A DNA stretch of 64,000 bases from Candidatus Marinacidobacterales bacterium. Its GTDB lineage: Bacteria > Acidobacteriota > Vicinamibacteria > Marinacidobacterales > DATDRI01. Below, piece by piece: positions 28,357-37,864 of the stretch (position 1 is the first letter of the stretch; each line of letters starts with the position of its first letter). The translations under genes were made by a program, and so were the position numbers. The notes below the pieces were generated by a model, which was not told the DNA's origin, did no database searches, and saw only the letters and a program-made list of their open reading frames with translations. Location of the stretch: the NCBI GenBank assembly GCA_965226495.1, contig OZ245365.1, positions 1,728,001 through 1,792,000 on the forward strand, in the 5' to 3' direction.

Positions 28357-30233
28357 AAGAGATAAGACTGCTCGTCGCCGGAGCGTGGAGTGATTTCCGG
28401 CGCACGTGGCCCGCACTCATCGCGACGGACGTCCTGTACAAAGCCCTGGCTTTCGTTCTCCTAACGCCGCTCGTCGGGCTTGCGCTTCGTCTGCTCGTCA
28501 GTACGTCGGGGACCTCCGTGCTGGCCGATACCGACATTCTCTTCTTCGTCTTGAGCCCCATCGGCGTGGTGACGTTGATCGTCGTCGGAGCGGTGGGTCT
28601 CGCGATCGTGTCGTTGGAGCAGGCGTGCTTGATGACCATCGGCTTCGGTGCGGTTCATGACAAGCGCATTCGGTATTCCGACGCGCTTCGCTACGGCGCG
28701 CGGCGCGTCCCCCGGGTCCTCGACCTTACGGTCCGCATCGTCGTCAAGGCACTTCTGATTGCATCGCCGTTCCTCCTCGCAGGGGGCCTCGTTTACCTAG
28801 TGCTTCTGACGGATTTCGACATCAACTACTATTTAAACGAGAAACCGCCGGCCTTTTGGGTTGCGGCCCTATTGATCGGTGGGATCTTGTTAGTGTTGGC
28901 GACGGTGCTCGTTCCGCGGCTCATCGGTTGGGCCTTTGCTCTTCCGCTCCTCCTCTTCGAGGATATCCCCACCCGCCGAGCTCTATCCGTAAGCCAACAA
29001 CGGGTCACGGGCCATCGGTGGACCATCACCGTCCTGCTCGTGGGATGGGCGGTGGCCTCGATTCTTCTTTCTGGTTTTGTGTTCGGCGCAGGGGGACTAC
29101 TGGGACGTCTCATCGTGCCGACCGTGGCCGGCTCCATGGCTCTTCTGATTCTCGTCATGGGAGCAGTTCTTCTCCTTTTGAATGGTGCCAACCTCGTCCT
29201 GAGCCTCGTGGTCGCGGCCACTTTCGCTCTATTGGTGATCCGCTTGTACGAACGTTTCGCGGAGGCACCGGAGAAGAGCATCGACTGGGAAGGAGCTGAT
29301 CCCCTGGGGAGCCGGCGCGAGTGGCGAGTCTCGATGAGGGCTCTCGTCGCAGGCTTGGCCGTCGGGGCAGCCATGGCCGGACTCATTGGTGCCTTCTTGG
29401 TAGACAGCATTCGATGGGACACCGACGTACTCGTTATTGCGCACCGCGGCGCGGCGGGAGCGGCGCCCGAGAACACACTGGCCTCGATCGAGCGGGCGAT
29501 CCTCGATGGTACGGATTTGGTCGAGATAGACGTCCAGGAAACCGCCGATGGGGAAGTCGTCGTCATCCATGACAGCGATCTCATGAAGGTCGCAGGCGTA
29601 AATCTAGCGATCTGGGACGCCACTTATGAGCGGCTTCAGGAAATCGACGTCGGGAGCTGGTTTGCTCCGCAGTTCAGCGACGAGCGGGTGCCTAGCCTCG
29701 AGCAAGTGCTCGAGCTTTGCAAGGGGAGGGCTCGCGTTGACATCGAGCTCAAATATTACGGACACGACGAACGTCTCGAGGAACGGGTGGTGGAAATCGT
29801 CGAGCGGACGGGGATGGAGTCGCAAATCGTCGCCATGTCTTTGAAGTACGATGCGATCCAGAAGGTGCGCGGGCTGAGACCGGGCTGGACGCTCGGACTC
29901 TTGACCGCTAAGGCGGTGGGGGACCTTACGAGGCTGGACGCCGACTTTCTCGCCGTTCACGCCGGGCTGGCGACACCCCGCTTTATCAAGTCGGCACACG
30001 CTCGGGGAAAGGACGTCTTCGTGTGGACGGTCAACGACCAGGTGCAGATGGCGACGATGGTGGGCCGTGGCGTCGATGGCATCATCACCGACGAGCCGGC
30101 TCTGGCACGAGAGGTGCTCGAACGGCTCGATGAAATGAATGTGGTCGAGAGGCTCATGCTGGAGTTTTCACTATGGTTCGGTGTGGTGCCCAAGCAGGCG
30201 GGACCGGAGACCGACGCTAATGAGCTATCCTAG
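28353..30233 (+). CDS. Glycerophosphodiester phosphodiesterase with N-terminal membrane domain
   Basis: AHRG...PENTL, EIDV, IHD, IELK, WTVND, GIITD. Confidence 0.9.
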   Translation: MKEIRLLVAGAWSDFRRTWPALIATDVLYKALAFVLLTPLVGLALRLLVSTSGTSVLADTDILFFVLSPIGVVTLIVVGAVGLAIVSLEQACLMTIGFGAVHDKRIRYSDALRYGARRVPRVLDLTVRIVVKALLIASPFLLAGGLVYLVLLTDFDINYYLNEKPPAFWVAALLIGGILLVLATVLVPRLIGWAFALPLLLFEDIPTRRALSVSQQRVTGHRWTITVLLVGWAVASILLSGFVFGAGGLLGRLIVPTVAGSMALLILVMGAVLLLLNGANLVLSLVVAATFALLVIRLYERFAEAPEKSIDWEGADPLGSRREWRVSMRALVAGLAVGAAMAGLIGAFLVDSIRWDTDVLVIAHRGAAGAAPENTLASIERAILDGTDLVEIDVQETADGEVVVIHDSDLMKVAGVNLAIWDATYERLQEIDVGSWFAPQFSDERVPSLEQVLELCKGRARVDIELKYYGHDERLEERVVEIVERTGMESQIVAMSLKYDAIQKVRGLRPGWTLGLLTAKAVGDLTRLDADFLAVHAGLATPRFIKSAHARGKDVFVWTVNDQVQMATMVGRGVDGIITDEPALAREVLERLDEMNVVERLMLEFSLWFGVVPKQAGPETDANELS

Positions 30234-30264
30234 CGGCGGGGCCTAGCTTTTATCGGAGGGAACC

Positions 30265-31101
30265 ATGAACGAGTGGATCCTGCGCAACGAGCTGATCATC
30301 CGCGGCGCCGTTTTCATCGCCGTCCTCATCCCTATGGCGCTGTGGGAGATCGTCGCACCTCGGCGTCCGCTGACCGACTCCAAACCGGTGCGCTGGTTCA
30401 GCAACCTCGGGATCGTTTTGCTTAACCTCGTTACCCTGAGACTGGTCCTGCCGGTCGGCGCCGTGGGCCTAGCCTGGTTGGCGAGCGAGCGCGGATGGGG
30501 CCTGTTGAACAACGTGGAGCTGCCGTACGTCCTATCCGTCGTTCTGTCAGTCGTTGCGCTCGACTTCGTCATCTACGTGCAACATGTTCTCTTTCACGCC
30601 ATCCCCGCACTTTGGCAGCTTCACATGACGCACCCCGCCGACGTGGACTTCGATGTAACCACCGGCACCCGATTTCACCCCATCGAAATTGTTCTCTCGA
30701 TGCTAATTAAGTTTGCCGCCGTCGCTGCCTTGGGCCCCCCGGTTTTGGGAGTACTGATTTTCGAGATCGTTCTGAACGCGACTGCGATGTTCAATCACAG
30801 CAACGTCCGTATCCCCCTAGGTCTGGACCGAATACTGAGGTTGTTGGTGGTGACGCCGGACATGCATCGGGTCCACCACTCGGTGGTCCGAGAGGAAACG
30901 AATAGTAACTTTGGCTTCAACCTGCCGTGGTGGGATCGGCTCTTGGGCACCTATACGGCTCAGCCCGTCGAAGGGCATCAGGACATGACCATTGGCCTGT
31001 CGCACTTACAGGGGTTGGGTCGGCAGAGACTGCCTCGAATGTTGGCCATTCCGTTCACCGAGCCTCCCGGCGACTACGTGATTTGCCGCCAGCCAAGTTG
31101 A
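30265..31101 (+). CDS. Sterol desaturase/fatty acid hydroxylase family protein
   Basis: QHVLFH, RFHP, FNHSN, HRVHHS, WDRLLGT. Confidence 0.88.
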   Translation: MNEWILRNELIIRGAVFIAVLIPMALWEIVAPRRPLTDSKPVRWFSNLGIVLLNLVTLRLVLPVGAVGLAWLASERGWGLLNNVELPYVLSVVLSVVALDFVIYVQHVLFHAIPALWQLHMTHPADVDFDVTTGTRFHPIEIVLSMLIKFAAVAALGPPVLGVLIFEIVLNATAMFNHSNVRIPLGLDRILRLLVVTPDMHRVHHSVVREETNSNFGFNLPWWDRLLGTYTAQPVEGHQDMTIGLSHLQGLGRQRLPRMLAIPFTEPPGDYVICRQPS

Positions 31102-31124
31102 AGATGTAGCGATCTTCAAAGTAA

Positions 31125-31331
31125 AATCGTCGCCTCAACACGCCGGGCCTCGAAGCCAAATACACCGGGCTATTCGAGCCTCGATACGTGTTAGAGTCCG
31201 CCCGCGTCCTTGCCCAATTGGGGCAGAAAGAAGCGGCACGCGATGAGTATCGCCGCTTTCTCGAATTCTGGAAAGACGCCGATCTCGATCTCCCGGAGCT
31301 TCGGGAAGCTAGAGCATACTCGGCAGAGTAG
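31125..31331 (+). pseudogene. Orphan C-terminal TPR fragment
   Basis: Reads ...AARDEYRRFLEFWKDADLDLPELREARAY*; upstream in-frame stop and no convincing start. Confidence 0.65.
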
Positions 31332-31346
31332 AGAGGTGCCCTCGCC

Positions 31347-31808
31347 ATGTGGAGCAAAGGCATAAAGCCGTCTACCCGCGGGAAGATATTCTTGTTCACC
31401 GGGATGCCATTCGTCGCCATTGGTATCCTGGGGGGCCTCAGTACGAATGAGCTTCAAGTGCGAGGTGTCCTTACGCATGCGAGTTTGGTCGAGAAGTATA
31501 CGAGTCGAGTCCACCCCGGAGAAAGCGGTAATCTGCATTACAAACTGCGAGTCGTCTTCACTGGGCCCTATGGATACGAGCACGAGCACGTGACTGAGGC
31601 GAAGAATCAGCATCACTTCGAGACGCTAGAGGTAGGCGATGTCATCGACCTCGTCTACGATCCGCAAGACCCTTCGCGCGCTGCCCTCCCTCGGCAATTG
31701 GCCCAACCTTGGTGGGGGGGTGCGCTCGTGGTTGGCGTACTGGGGTTGCCTATGATGGGGATAGGGGCTTGGATTCTACTTCGCGACCGAATGGCGGCCG
31801 CAAACTGA
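31347..31808 (+). CDS. DUF3592-like membrane protein
   Basis: TM-beta-TM layout; VGDVIDLVYDPQDPSRA. Confidence 0.75.
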   Translation: MWSKGIKPSTRGKIFLFTGMPFVAIGILGGLSTNELQVRGVLTHASLVEKYTSRVHPGESGNLHYKLRVVFTGPYGYEHEHVTEAKNQHHFETLEVGDVIDLVYDPQDPSRAALPRQLAQPWWGGALVVGVLGLPMMGIGAWILLRDRMAAAN

Positions 31809-31871
31809 CCTACCCGCATGTACTAGCTTGAGCTCGCGCTTGACCGCGATGGATTTCAGGAGGACTTCACG

Positions 31872-34800
31872 ATGAGGAGGATTGTTTTGCTATTCGTCTA
31901 CTTCGCTATCTTTTTAATTGCCGGGGCCGGTGCGCCTACTGCGTCTGCACAAAGTGGCGCGCGGCAGGTGGAGAGCGCCGATCTTTCCAACCTTCTGTGG
32001 CGGAACATCGGTCCCGCCCGTCCGAGTGGCCGCGTGACCGATTTGGCGGTGCTCCCGACGAGACCGAGTACCTTCTACGCGGCGACCGCCACCGGGGGGG
32101 CCTGGAAGACAACCACCAACGGCACGACGTGGACCCCGGTGTGGGATAGCGAGGGGAGCATTTCTTTGGGCGCCATTGCTCTCGCTCCCTCCAATCCAGA
32201 CGTGGTCTGGGTAGGTACGGGCGAAGCTTGGAGCGCGCGGGTCTCGTCCTACGGCGATGGTGTCTACAAGTCCGAAGACGGTGGCAAGACCTGGCATCAC
32301 ATGGGGCTGCGAGAGACCCAGTACATCGGTCGTATCGTCGTGCATCCAGAAGACGAGAACACGGTTTACGTCGCCGCCCTGGGTTCACTGTGGGGGCCCA
32401 ACGAGGAACGAGGGCTCTTCAAAACCACCGACGGCGGTAAGTCGTGGACCAAGATGCTCTATAAGAACCCACACACCGGCGTGGTGGAGGTTGCGTTGGA
32501 CCCCACGCGTCCCGATACCGTCTACGCGGCGACGTACCTTCGGGAGCGAAGGGCCTGGAACTTCGTGGGAGGTGGTCCGGAGAACGGTCTCTTCAAATCG
32601 ACCGATGGCGGCGAGACCTGGGACGAACTCACCAACGGGCTTCCCGACGTGGATATGGGTCGCATCGGGCTCTCGATCTGTCGAAGCCAACCCAACACCA
32701 TCTACGTAGCGGCCGAAGCGCAAGGACAAGCCGGAGGTATCTTTCGCTCCGACGACCGCGGCGCCAGCTGGGAGCGGCGCACGGGAAAGTGGAACACCCG
32801 GCTCGACTACGGGAAGTTGAATTGCGATCCCAACAATCCGGAGAGCGTGTACTTGATGCATGTACGGCTTTCGCGCTCGGATGATGGGGGAGAGACGTTT
32901 CGGACCGACGTGATCGGCCCGGGAGGGCACGGCGATTGGCGCACCATGTGGATCAACCCATCGAACTCCGATCATCTCATTTCGGGGAGCGATGGTGGCG
33001 TGTACCTCTCCTACGACCGCGGGCGGAACTGGAGCTTCATCGGGAACCTTCCCGTGTCCCAGTTCTACGACGTGGCGGTGGATATGCAGGAGCCGTTCTA
33101 CTACGTCTACGGCGGCCTTCAAGATAACGGCACTTTCGGGGGACCGAGCGGGACGCGCTACGCCGACGGCATCACCAACGCAGATTGGACGCTGACGACG
33201 GGCGGCGATGGCTTCTACGTTCAAATCGACCCCGAAGATCCGACGATCGTCTATAGCGAGTGGCAGTATGGTTTTCTCAACCGGTTCGACACCAGAACCG
33301 GCGAGCGGCACTTCATTCAGCCGCAACCTAAAGACGGGGAAAACTATCGGTGGAACTGGTCGGCGCCGGTCGTCCTTTCGCAGCATGATCGCAATACTCT
33401 CTATTTTGGAGCGAACTATCTCTTCCGGAGCCGGAACCGAGGAGATAGTTGGGACACCATCGGCCCCGATCTCACGCGCGCACTGAATCCCCTCGAGCTG
33501 CCCCTGATGGGCAAAGTATGGCCGAAGGATGCGGTGGCCTATCATGCTGGGACTGCCGATTACGGAAGCATTTCCACGATCGCCGAGTCACCGCTTCGAG
33601 CGGGCGTGCTCGCGGTGGGTACCGACGACGGCTTGATTCAGGTGACGACCGATGATGGAGAGAATTGGTTTCGCATCGAAACCATTCCCGGTGTTTCCAA
33701 CCGAGCTTGGGTGACACGCGTTTTGTTGTCCGAACACGACGAGCAAACGCTCTATGCCACCATTGACGCCCATCGAGATAACGACCTCAAGCCCTACGTC
33801 GTCAAGAGCACCGACTTGGGACGCACGTGGAAGTCCATCGCGAGCAACTTGCCGGAGTTTGGGCACGCCCGAACGATCGCCGAGCATCCACAGAATCCGA
33901 ACCTTCTCTTCGTGGGGACCGAGTTCGGCGTCTTCATTTCAATAGATGGCGGAGGTCGTTGGGTTCAACTCAAGAATAATTTGCCCACGGTAAACGTCTA
34001 CGATCTTTTGATCCATCCCAGAGAGAACGATCTCGTCATGGCGACCCATGGTCGAGGGTTTTGGATTATGGACGACATTGGAATCCTCGAAGATCTGGGG
34101 CCGGCTCTCGGTAAGGACCTCCATATTGCCGCGGTCCGTCCTGCGACCCAGCTACATCGCTACGCGCGCACTCAACGCTCGATCGGGGCGGATCACTTTA
34201 TGGCTCCCAATCCACCCGACGGCGCGATCATTACCTACTACGTCAACCCCACGTTACTGGAAGGAGACGCACCCGCCACGACACGTGTGGAGGTCGACAT
34301 CCTGGATACGGGCGGTGCCTTCGTTCGCCGCTTGGACGCTCCGCAAGGACGAAAAGGAGCCGGCATCCAACGCGTGGTCTGGGATGTGCGACACCCGCTG
34401 CCGTATGAGATTAGCGCCGAGGAAGCACGGAACAGCTGGCGCCCTCCACCGCGCGGCGCTTTTGTCATTCCCGGCGACTACCGTGTCCGCCTGAGGGTCG
34501 GAGACAAGGAAACAGTACAGTCGCTGACCGTGCGAGGCGATCCGGAAGTCGCGATTTCGACCGAGGACCGGCGGCTGTGGCATGACACGTTGCTTCAGCT
34601 CGCAGAGTTGGATGCGGCGGCGCGAGCTTCCGTCGCCACCGCCGAACGCGCCTGGGAGCAGCTGGAGGAAGTCGAGAAAGCCATGGCGTCCAACCCGGAC
34701 CCTTCCGCGACTCTGCGCGAGGAGCTCCGCGGCCTTCAAGCGGCCGTCGACGGCGTCTTGGAGAAATTGCGTGGTAGTGGACGCCGGGACATTGCCGAGC

Positions 34801-35048
34801 AACCCAAGACTCCGCCCATTGCGCGCCGGATCCGCGAAACCTATTTTTCCGCAGAGGCGTCCACCGCGCGCCCCACCGACGATCAGCTCCGCATTACCCA
34901 AGAAACAGGGCAGCGGTTGAAGGAGGAGGTCGCAACGCTCGATCGGTTGGTGAACGGATCGATACCGGCATTCAATCGGAAGCTGGACGAGGCGGGAGTT
35001 CGGTGGACTCCCGGCCGCTCTCCGGTGGCGCCGGCGACGACGCAGTGA
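31872..35048 (+). CDS. Secreted BNR/Asp-box repeat (VPS10-like) glycosyl hydrolase-like protein
   Basis: Signal peptide; WRNIGP...GR; many SxDGGxTW repeats; GGLQDNG; ATHGRGFW. Confidence 0.9.
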   Translation: MRRIVLLFVYFAIFLIAGAGAPTASAQSGARQVESADLSNLLWRNIGPARPSGRVTDLAVLPTRPSTFYAATATGGAWKTTTNGTTWTPVWDSEGSISLGAIALAPSNPDVVWVGTGEAWSARVSSYGDGVYKSEDGGKTWHHMGLRETQYIGRIVVHPEDENTVYVAALGSLWGPNEERGLFKTTDGGKSWTKMLYKNPHTGVVEVALDPTRPDTVYAATYLRERRAWNFVGGGPENGLFKSTDGGETWDELTNGLPDVDMGRIGLSICRSQPNTIYVAAEAQGQAGGIFRSDDRGASWERRTGKWNTRLDYGKLNCDPNNPESVYLMHVRLSRSDDGGETFRTDVIGPGGHGDWRTMWINPSNSDHLISGSDGGVYLSYDRGRNWSFIGNLPVSQFYDVAVDMQEPFYYVYGGLQDNGTFGGPSGTRYADGITNADWTLTTGGDGFYVQIDPEDPTIVYSEWQYGFLNRFDTRTGERHFIQPQPKDGENYRWNWSAPVVLSQHDRNTLYFGANYLFRSRNRGDSWDTIGPDLTRALNPLELPLMGKVWPKDAVAYHAGTADYGSISTIAESPLRAGVLAVGTDDGLIQVTTDDGENWFRIETIPGVSNRAWVTRVLLSEHDEQTLYATIDAHRDNDLKPYVVKSTDLGRTWKSIASNLPEFGHARTIAEHPQNPNLLFVGTEFGVFISIDGGGRWVQLKNNLPTVNVYDLLIHPRENDLVMATHGRGFWIMDDIGILEDLGPALGKDLHIAAVRPATQLHRYARTQRSIGADHFMAPNPPDGAIITYYVNPTLLEGDAPATTRVEVDILDTGGAFVRRLDAPQGRKGAGIQRVVWDVRHPLPYEISAEEARNSWRPPPRGAFVIPGDYRVRLRVGDKETVQSLTVRGDPEVAISTEDRRLWHDTLLQLAELDAAARASVATAERAWEQLEEVEKAMASNPDPSATLREELRGLQAAVDGVLEKLRGSGRRDIAEQPKTPPIARRIRETYFSAEASTARPTDDQLRITQETGQRLKEEVATLDRLVNGSIPAFNRKLDEAGVRWTPGRSPVAPATTQ

Positions 35049-35054
35049 GCGGGC

Positions 35055-35993
35055 TTATTCGTCCCGGTTCTGAACGAACTGCCAGCCGAATCGGCCTTTG
35101 ATGCAAAGGTGTCCGCTGGTCACGCTGTGATCGAGGGGTGACGTCACTTTTACGATTTGGTTGTCCTGGACGTGCAGCTCGAGGTTACAACCCACGCCAC
35201 AGTAGGGGCAAATCGTTCGCGTGACACTTTGTTCGCTCTCGTCCCAGGTGCCGGCGGCGCGCATATCGAACTCCGACTTGAACATGAGCGCTCCGGTGGG
35301 ACAGACCCCGATGCAGTTACCACAATAGACGCATGCGGACTGATCGAGACGGCGGTCGAACTCCGTCGAAATGCGTGCGTCGAAGCCACGTCCGGCCACC
35401 GAGATCGCGAAAGTATTCTGGGCGTCCTCACCACAGGCTTCTACGCACTTGTAGCAGAGGATGCAACGCCCGTAGTCACGAATATAAAGCTCGTCGTGAA
35501 TCTTCACCGGCTGGGCGACGGTCTCGGTTTGGTCTCCGTCGGGCAGATGGTGGTGTCCGGGGTGTCGTGCCTCTCGTTCTCGGTCGGCGGACGGGGGAGA
35601 CGGAGGGCCAAACCGCTCCGGATCCACCTCATAACGCTCCATCCATTGCTGTGTTTCCTTGTCGACCAGGGAGAGGTCGACCGAGGAAGCCAAGAGCTCG
35701 AGCACCAGCTTCCGGCTCAGGCGAACGCGTTCGGTGTCGGTGAGAACAGTCGCTCCCGGCTCGGCCTTCCGCGAGCAAGCGGGGACCAAGGTTCGTGCGC
35801 CCTCGAGCTCGACCACGCACACCCGGCAGGCGTTGACCGGCGTCAAGGTCTCGAGGTAGCAAAGAGTCGGCGTCTCGATGCCCTTCGACCGGCAGGCGTC
35901 GAGAATCGTCGATCCTTCGGGCACCAGAGTCTTCTCACCATCGATCGTCATTTCGATCTCACGCTTGGGAGGGCCGGTCAAGGTGTCCGTCAC
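35055..35993 (-). CDS. Fe-S subunit of formate dehydrogenase (detached FdsA N-terminal module: 2Fe-2S, 2x4Fe-4S and the Mo-proximal 4Fe-4S motif)
   Basis: PTLC...CRVC...C; CILCYKC...C; CVYCGNC...CP; CPYCGVGC...LCIKGRFG; GTG overlaps upstream TGA. Confidence 0.88.
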   Translation of the reverse strand: MTDTLTGPPKREIEMTIDGEKTLVPEGSTILDACRSKGIETPTLCYLETLTPVNACRVCVVELEGARTLVPACSRKAEPGATVLTDTERVRLSRKLVLELLASSVDLSLVDKETQQWMERYEVDPERFGPPSPPSADREREARHPGHHHLPDGDQTETVAQPVKIHDELYIRDYGRCILCYKCVEACGEDAQNTFAISVAGRGFDARISTEFDRRLDQSACVYCGNCIGVCPTGALMFKSEFDMRAAGTWDESEQSVTRTICPYCGVGCNLELHVQDNQIVKVTSPLDHSVTSGHLCIKGRFGWQFVQNRDE

Positions 35994-37849
35994 TTCTTTT
36001 GCCCTTTTCTGTTCAAGAGCCCGAGTCCGACCGCCGATTGCACAGCGCTCGCGGCGGTTTGTCCAAGTCCGCAGATCGAGGCATCCTGCATGACCTGGGC
36101 GAGGTCTTTGAGTAGCGTCTCGTGGTTTCCCGCCCCGCCGTTCCGGGTCAGACGATGCAGAACCTCCTCCTGCCGCACTGTGCCCACACGACAGGGAACG
36201 CACTGGCCGCAGGACTCGTCACGGAAGAATGCCGCGATGCGGAGAATGATATCGGTGAGATCGATCGTGTCGTCGAAGGCCATGACCACACCGGAACCTA
36301 AGGTCGCACCGATGGCCCGGGTGCCCTCGAATGTCATCGGAGTGTCGAGGTGCTTGGGGTCGACGAACATGCCCGCCGCGCCGCCCAGCAAGAAGGTTTT
36401 CCACGAGTGGCCATCGAGTGGGCCACCCGCCAGCTCGAGTAGCTGCCGCAGTGTGGCACCAAAAGGGACTTCGTAGAGTCCCGGACGTTTCACAGATCCC
36501 GATACGCAAAAGAGTTTGTGCCCAGTCGAGTCGTTGGTGCCGATCCGAGCGAATGCCGGTCCGCCCTCGAGAAGAACGTCGAGAGTGTTGACCAAAGTCT
36601 CTACGTTGTTAACGATCGTGGGCTTGCCGAAGAGACCGGATTGAGTGGGGAAAGGCGGCTTGCTTCTCGGCTCGCCGCGGAATCCCTCAATCGAGTTGAA
36701 CAAAGCGGTCTCCTCACCGCAGATATAGGCCCCGGCTCCTCGGCGTAGCTCGATCTCGAAGCGAAGGCCCGAGCCCATCACCTTGTCGCCCAAGAAGCCG
36801 GCCCGCTTGGCGCTGGAGATCGCGTTGGCCAGCCTCTTAGTGGCCAATGGGTACTCGGCGCGGATGTAGACGAATCCCTGCTCGGCTCCGGTGGCGTAGC
36901 CGGCGATAGTCATCGCTTCGATGATCGCGAACGGATCCTCTTCCATCAACACACGATCTTTGAACGTGCCAGGTTCGGACTCGTCGGCGTTGCAGAGGAT
37001 GTAATGGGGACGTACCGGATTTTTCGCCACCGCGTCCCACTTGCGACCCAAAGGAAAGGCGGCTCCACCCCGTCCCAACAACTTGGAGTCGAGTAGCTCG
37101 CGTAGCACGCCCTCCGGACCTATCGCGCTCGCCTGCTGGAGCGCCCGATAACCACCATGGGCCCGGTAGTCGGACAAGCTCTCCGGGTTGGCGACACCGA
37201 CTCGTCGAAGAAGGCGCAAATTAGGCTCTCGCGGCTCTACCGTTTGAGGAGCGGCGACTCTGGTCTGAGAAGGCAATGACTCCCCGTGGAGGAAGCCCGC
37301 GATGGTAGCGGCATCGGCGGGCGCCAGGACGTCGTCTTCTTCATTACCCGCTTGTTGAAACAGCACTGCCGGTCCACGCTCGCAGAGTCCCAAGCACGGA
37401 CTTCGAAGCCACGTGCAGTCGCCTCGGCCATTGGCTTTCGCGGACTTGCTGGGTGTGCCGGGCGGACCCAGCTTTTGTTTGAGCTCGGCACAAAGCGCAT
37501 CCGCGCCGGCCGTCTTGCAAGCAATGTCGTCACAGACATGCGCTACGCGCGGCGGACGCTTCTCCATCGAGAACAGGGCGTAAAAGCTCGCGACTCCGAA
37601 GGCTTCCGCCGGTGGAACCGTGAGGCGTTCGCAGATGTAATTGAGCGCGCCCTTGCTGACCCAGCCCACCCGGCCTTGCACCGCGTGGAGGGCAGGGAGG
37701 AGTAAGTGGCGTTTCCCCAGCGTCGAGGCACGGCCGCCGTGCGCCCATTGAGCTCCCACGCTGCCGGCACCGCTCATTGAGCGGATCGCTCCGTCGACCG
37801 CACTTTTTTCTTCAGTGGTCGGAGCTTCCGGCAGCAGTTTCAAATCCAT
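35990..37849 (-). CDS. NuoE-NuoF (FdsG-FdsB-like) fused diaphorase subunit
   Basis: CDDIAC...CLGLC; GRGGAAFP, NADESEPGTFKD, GAGAYICGEETAL, ESCGQCVPC. Confidence 0.92.
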   Translation of the reverse strand: MDLKLLPEAPTTEEKSAVDGAIRSMSGAGSVGAQWAHGGRASTLGKRHLLLPALHAVQGRVGWVSKGALNYICERLTVPPAEAFGVASFYALFSMEKRPPRVAHVCDDIACKTAGADALCAELKQKLGPPGTPSKSAKANGRGDCTWLRSPCLGLCERGPAVLFQQAGNEEDDVLAPADAATIAGFLHGESLPSQTRVAAPQTVEPREPNLRLLRRVGVANPESLSDYRAHGGYRALQQASAIGPEGVLRELLDSKLLGRGGAAFPLGRKWDAVAKNPVRPHYILCNADESEPGTFKDRVLMEEDPFAIIEAMTIAGYATGAEQGFVYIRAEYPLATKRLANAISSAKRAGFLGDKVMGSGLRFEIELRRGAGAYICGEETALFNSIEGFRGEPRSKPPFPTQSGLFGKPTIVNNVETLVNTLDVLLEGGPAFARIGTNDSTGHKLFCVSGSVKRPGLYEVPFGATLRQLLELAGGPLDGHSWKTFLLGGAAGMFVDPKHLDTPMTFEGTRAIGATLGSGVVMAFDDTIDLTDIILRIAAFFRDESCGQCVPCRVGTVRQEEVLHRLTRNGGAGNHETLLKDLAQVMQDASICGLGQTAASAVQSAVGLGLLNRKGQKK

Positions 37850-37864
37850 CGCGATTTCCTGAAC

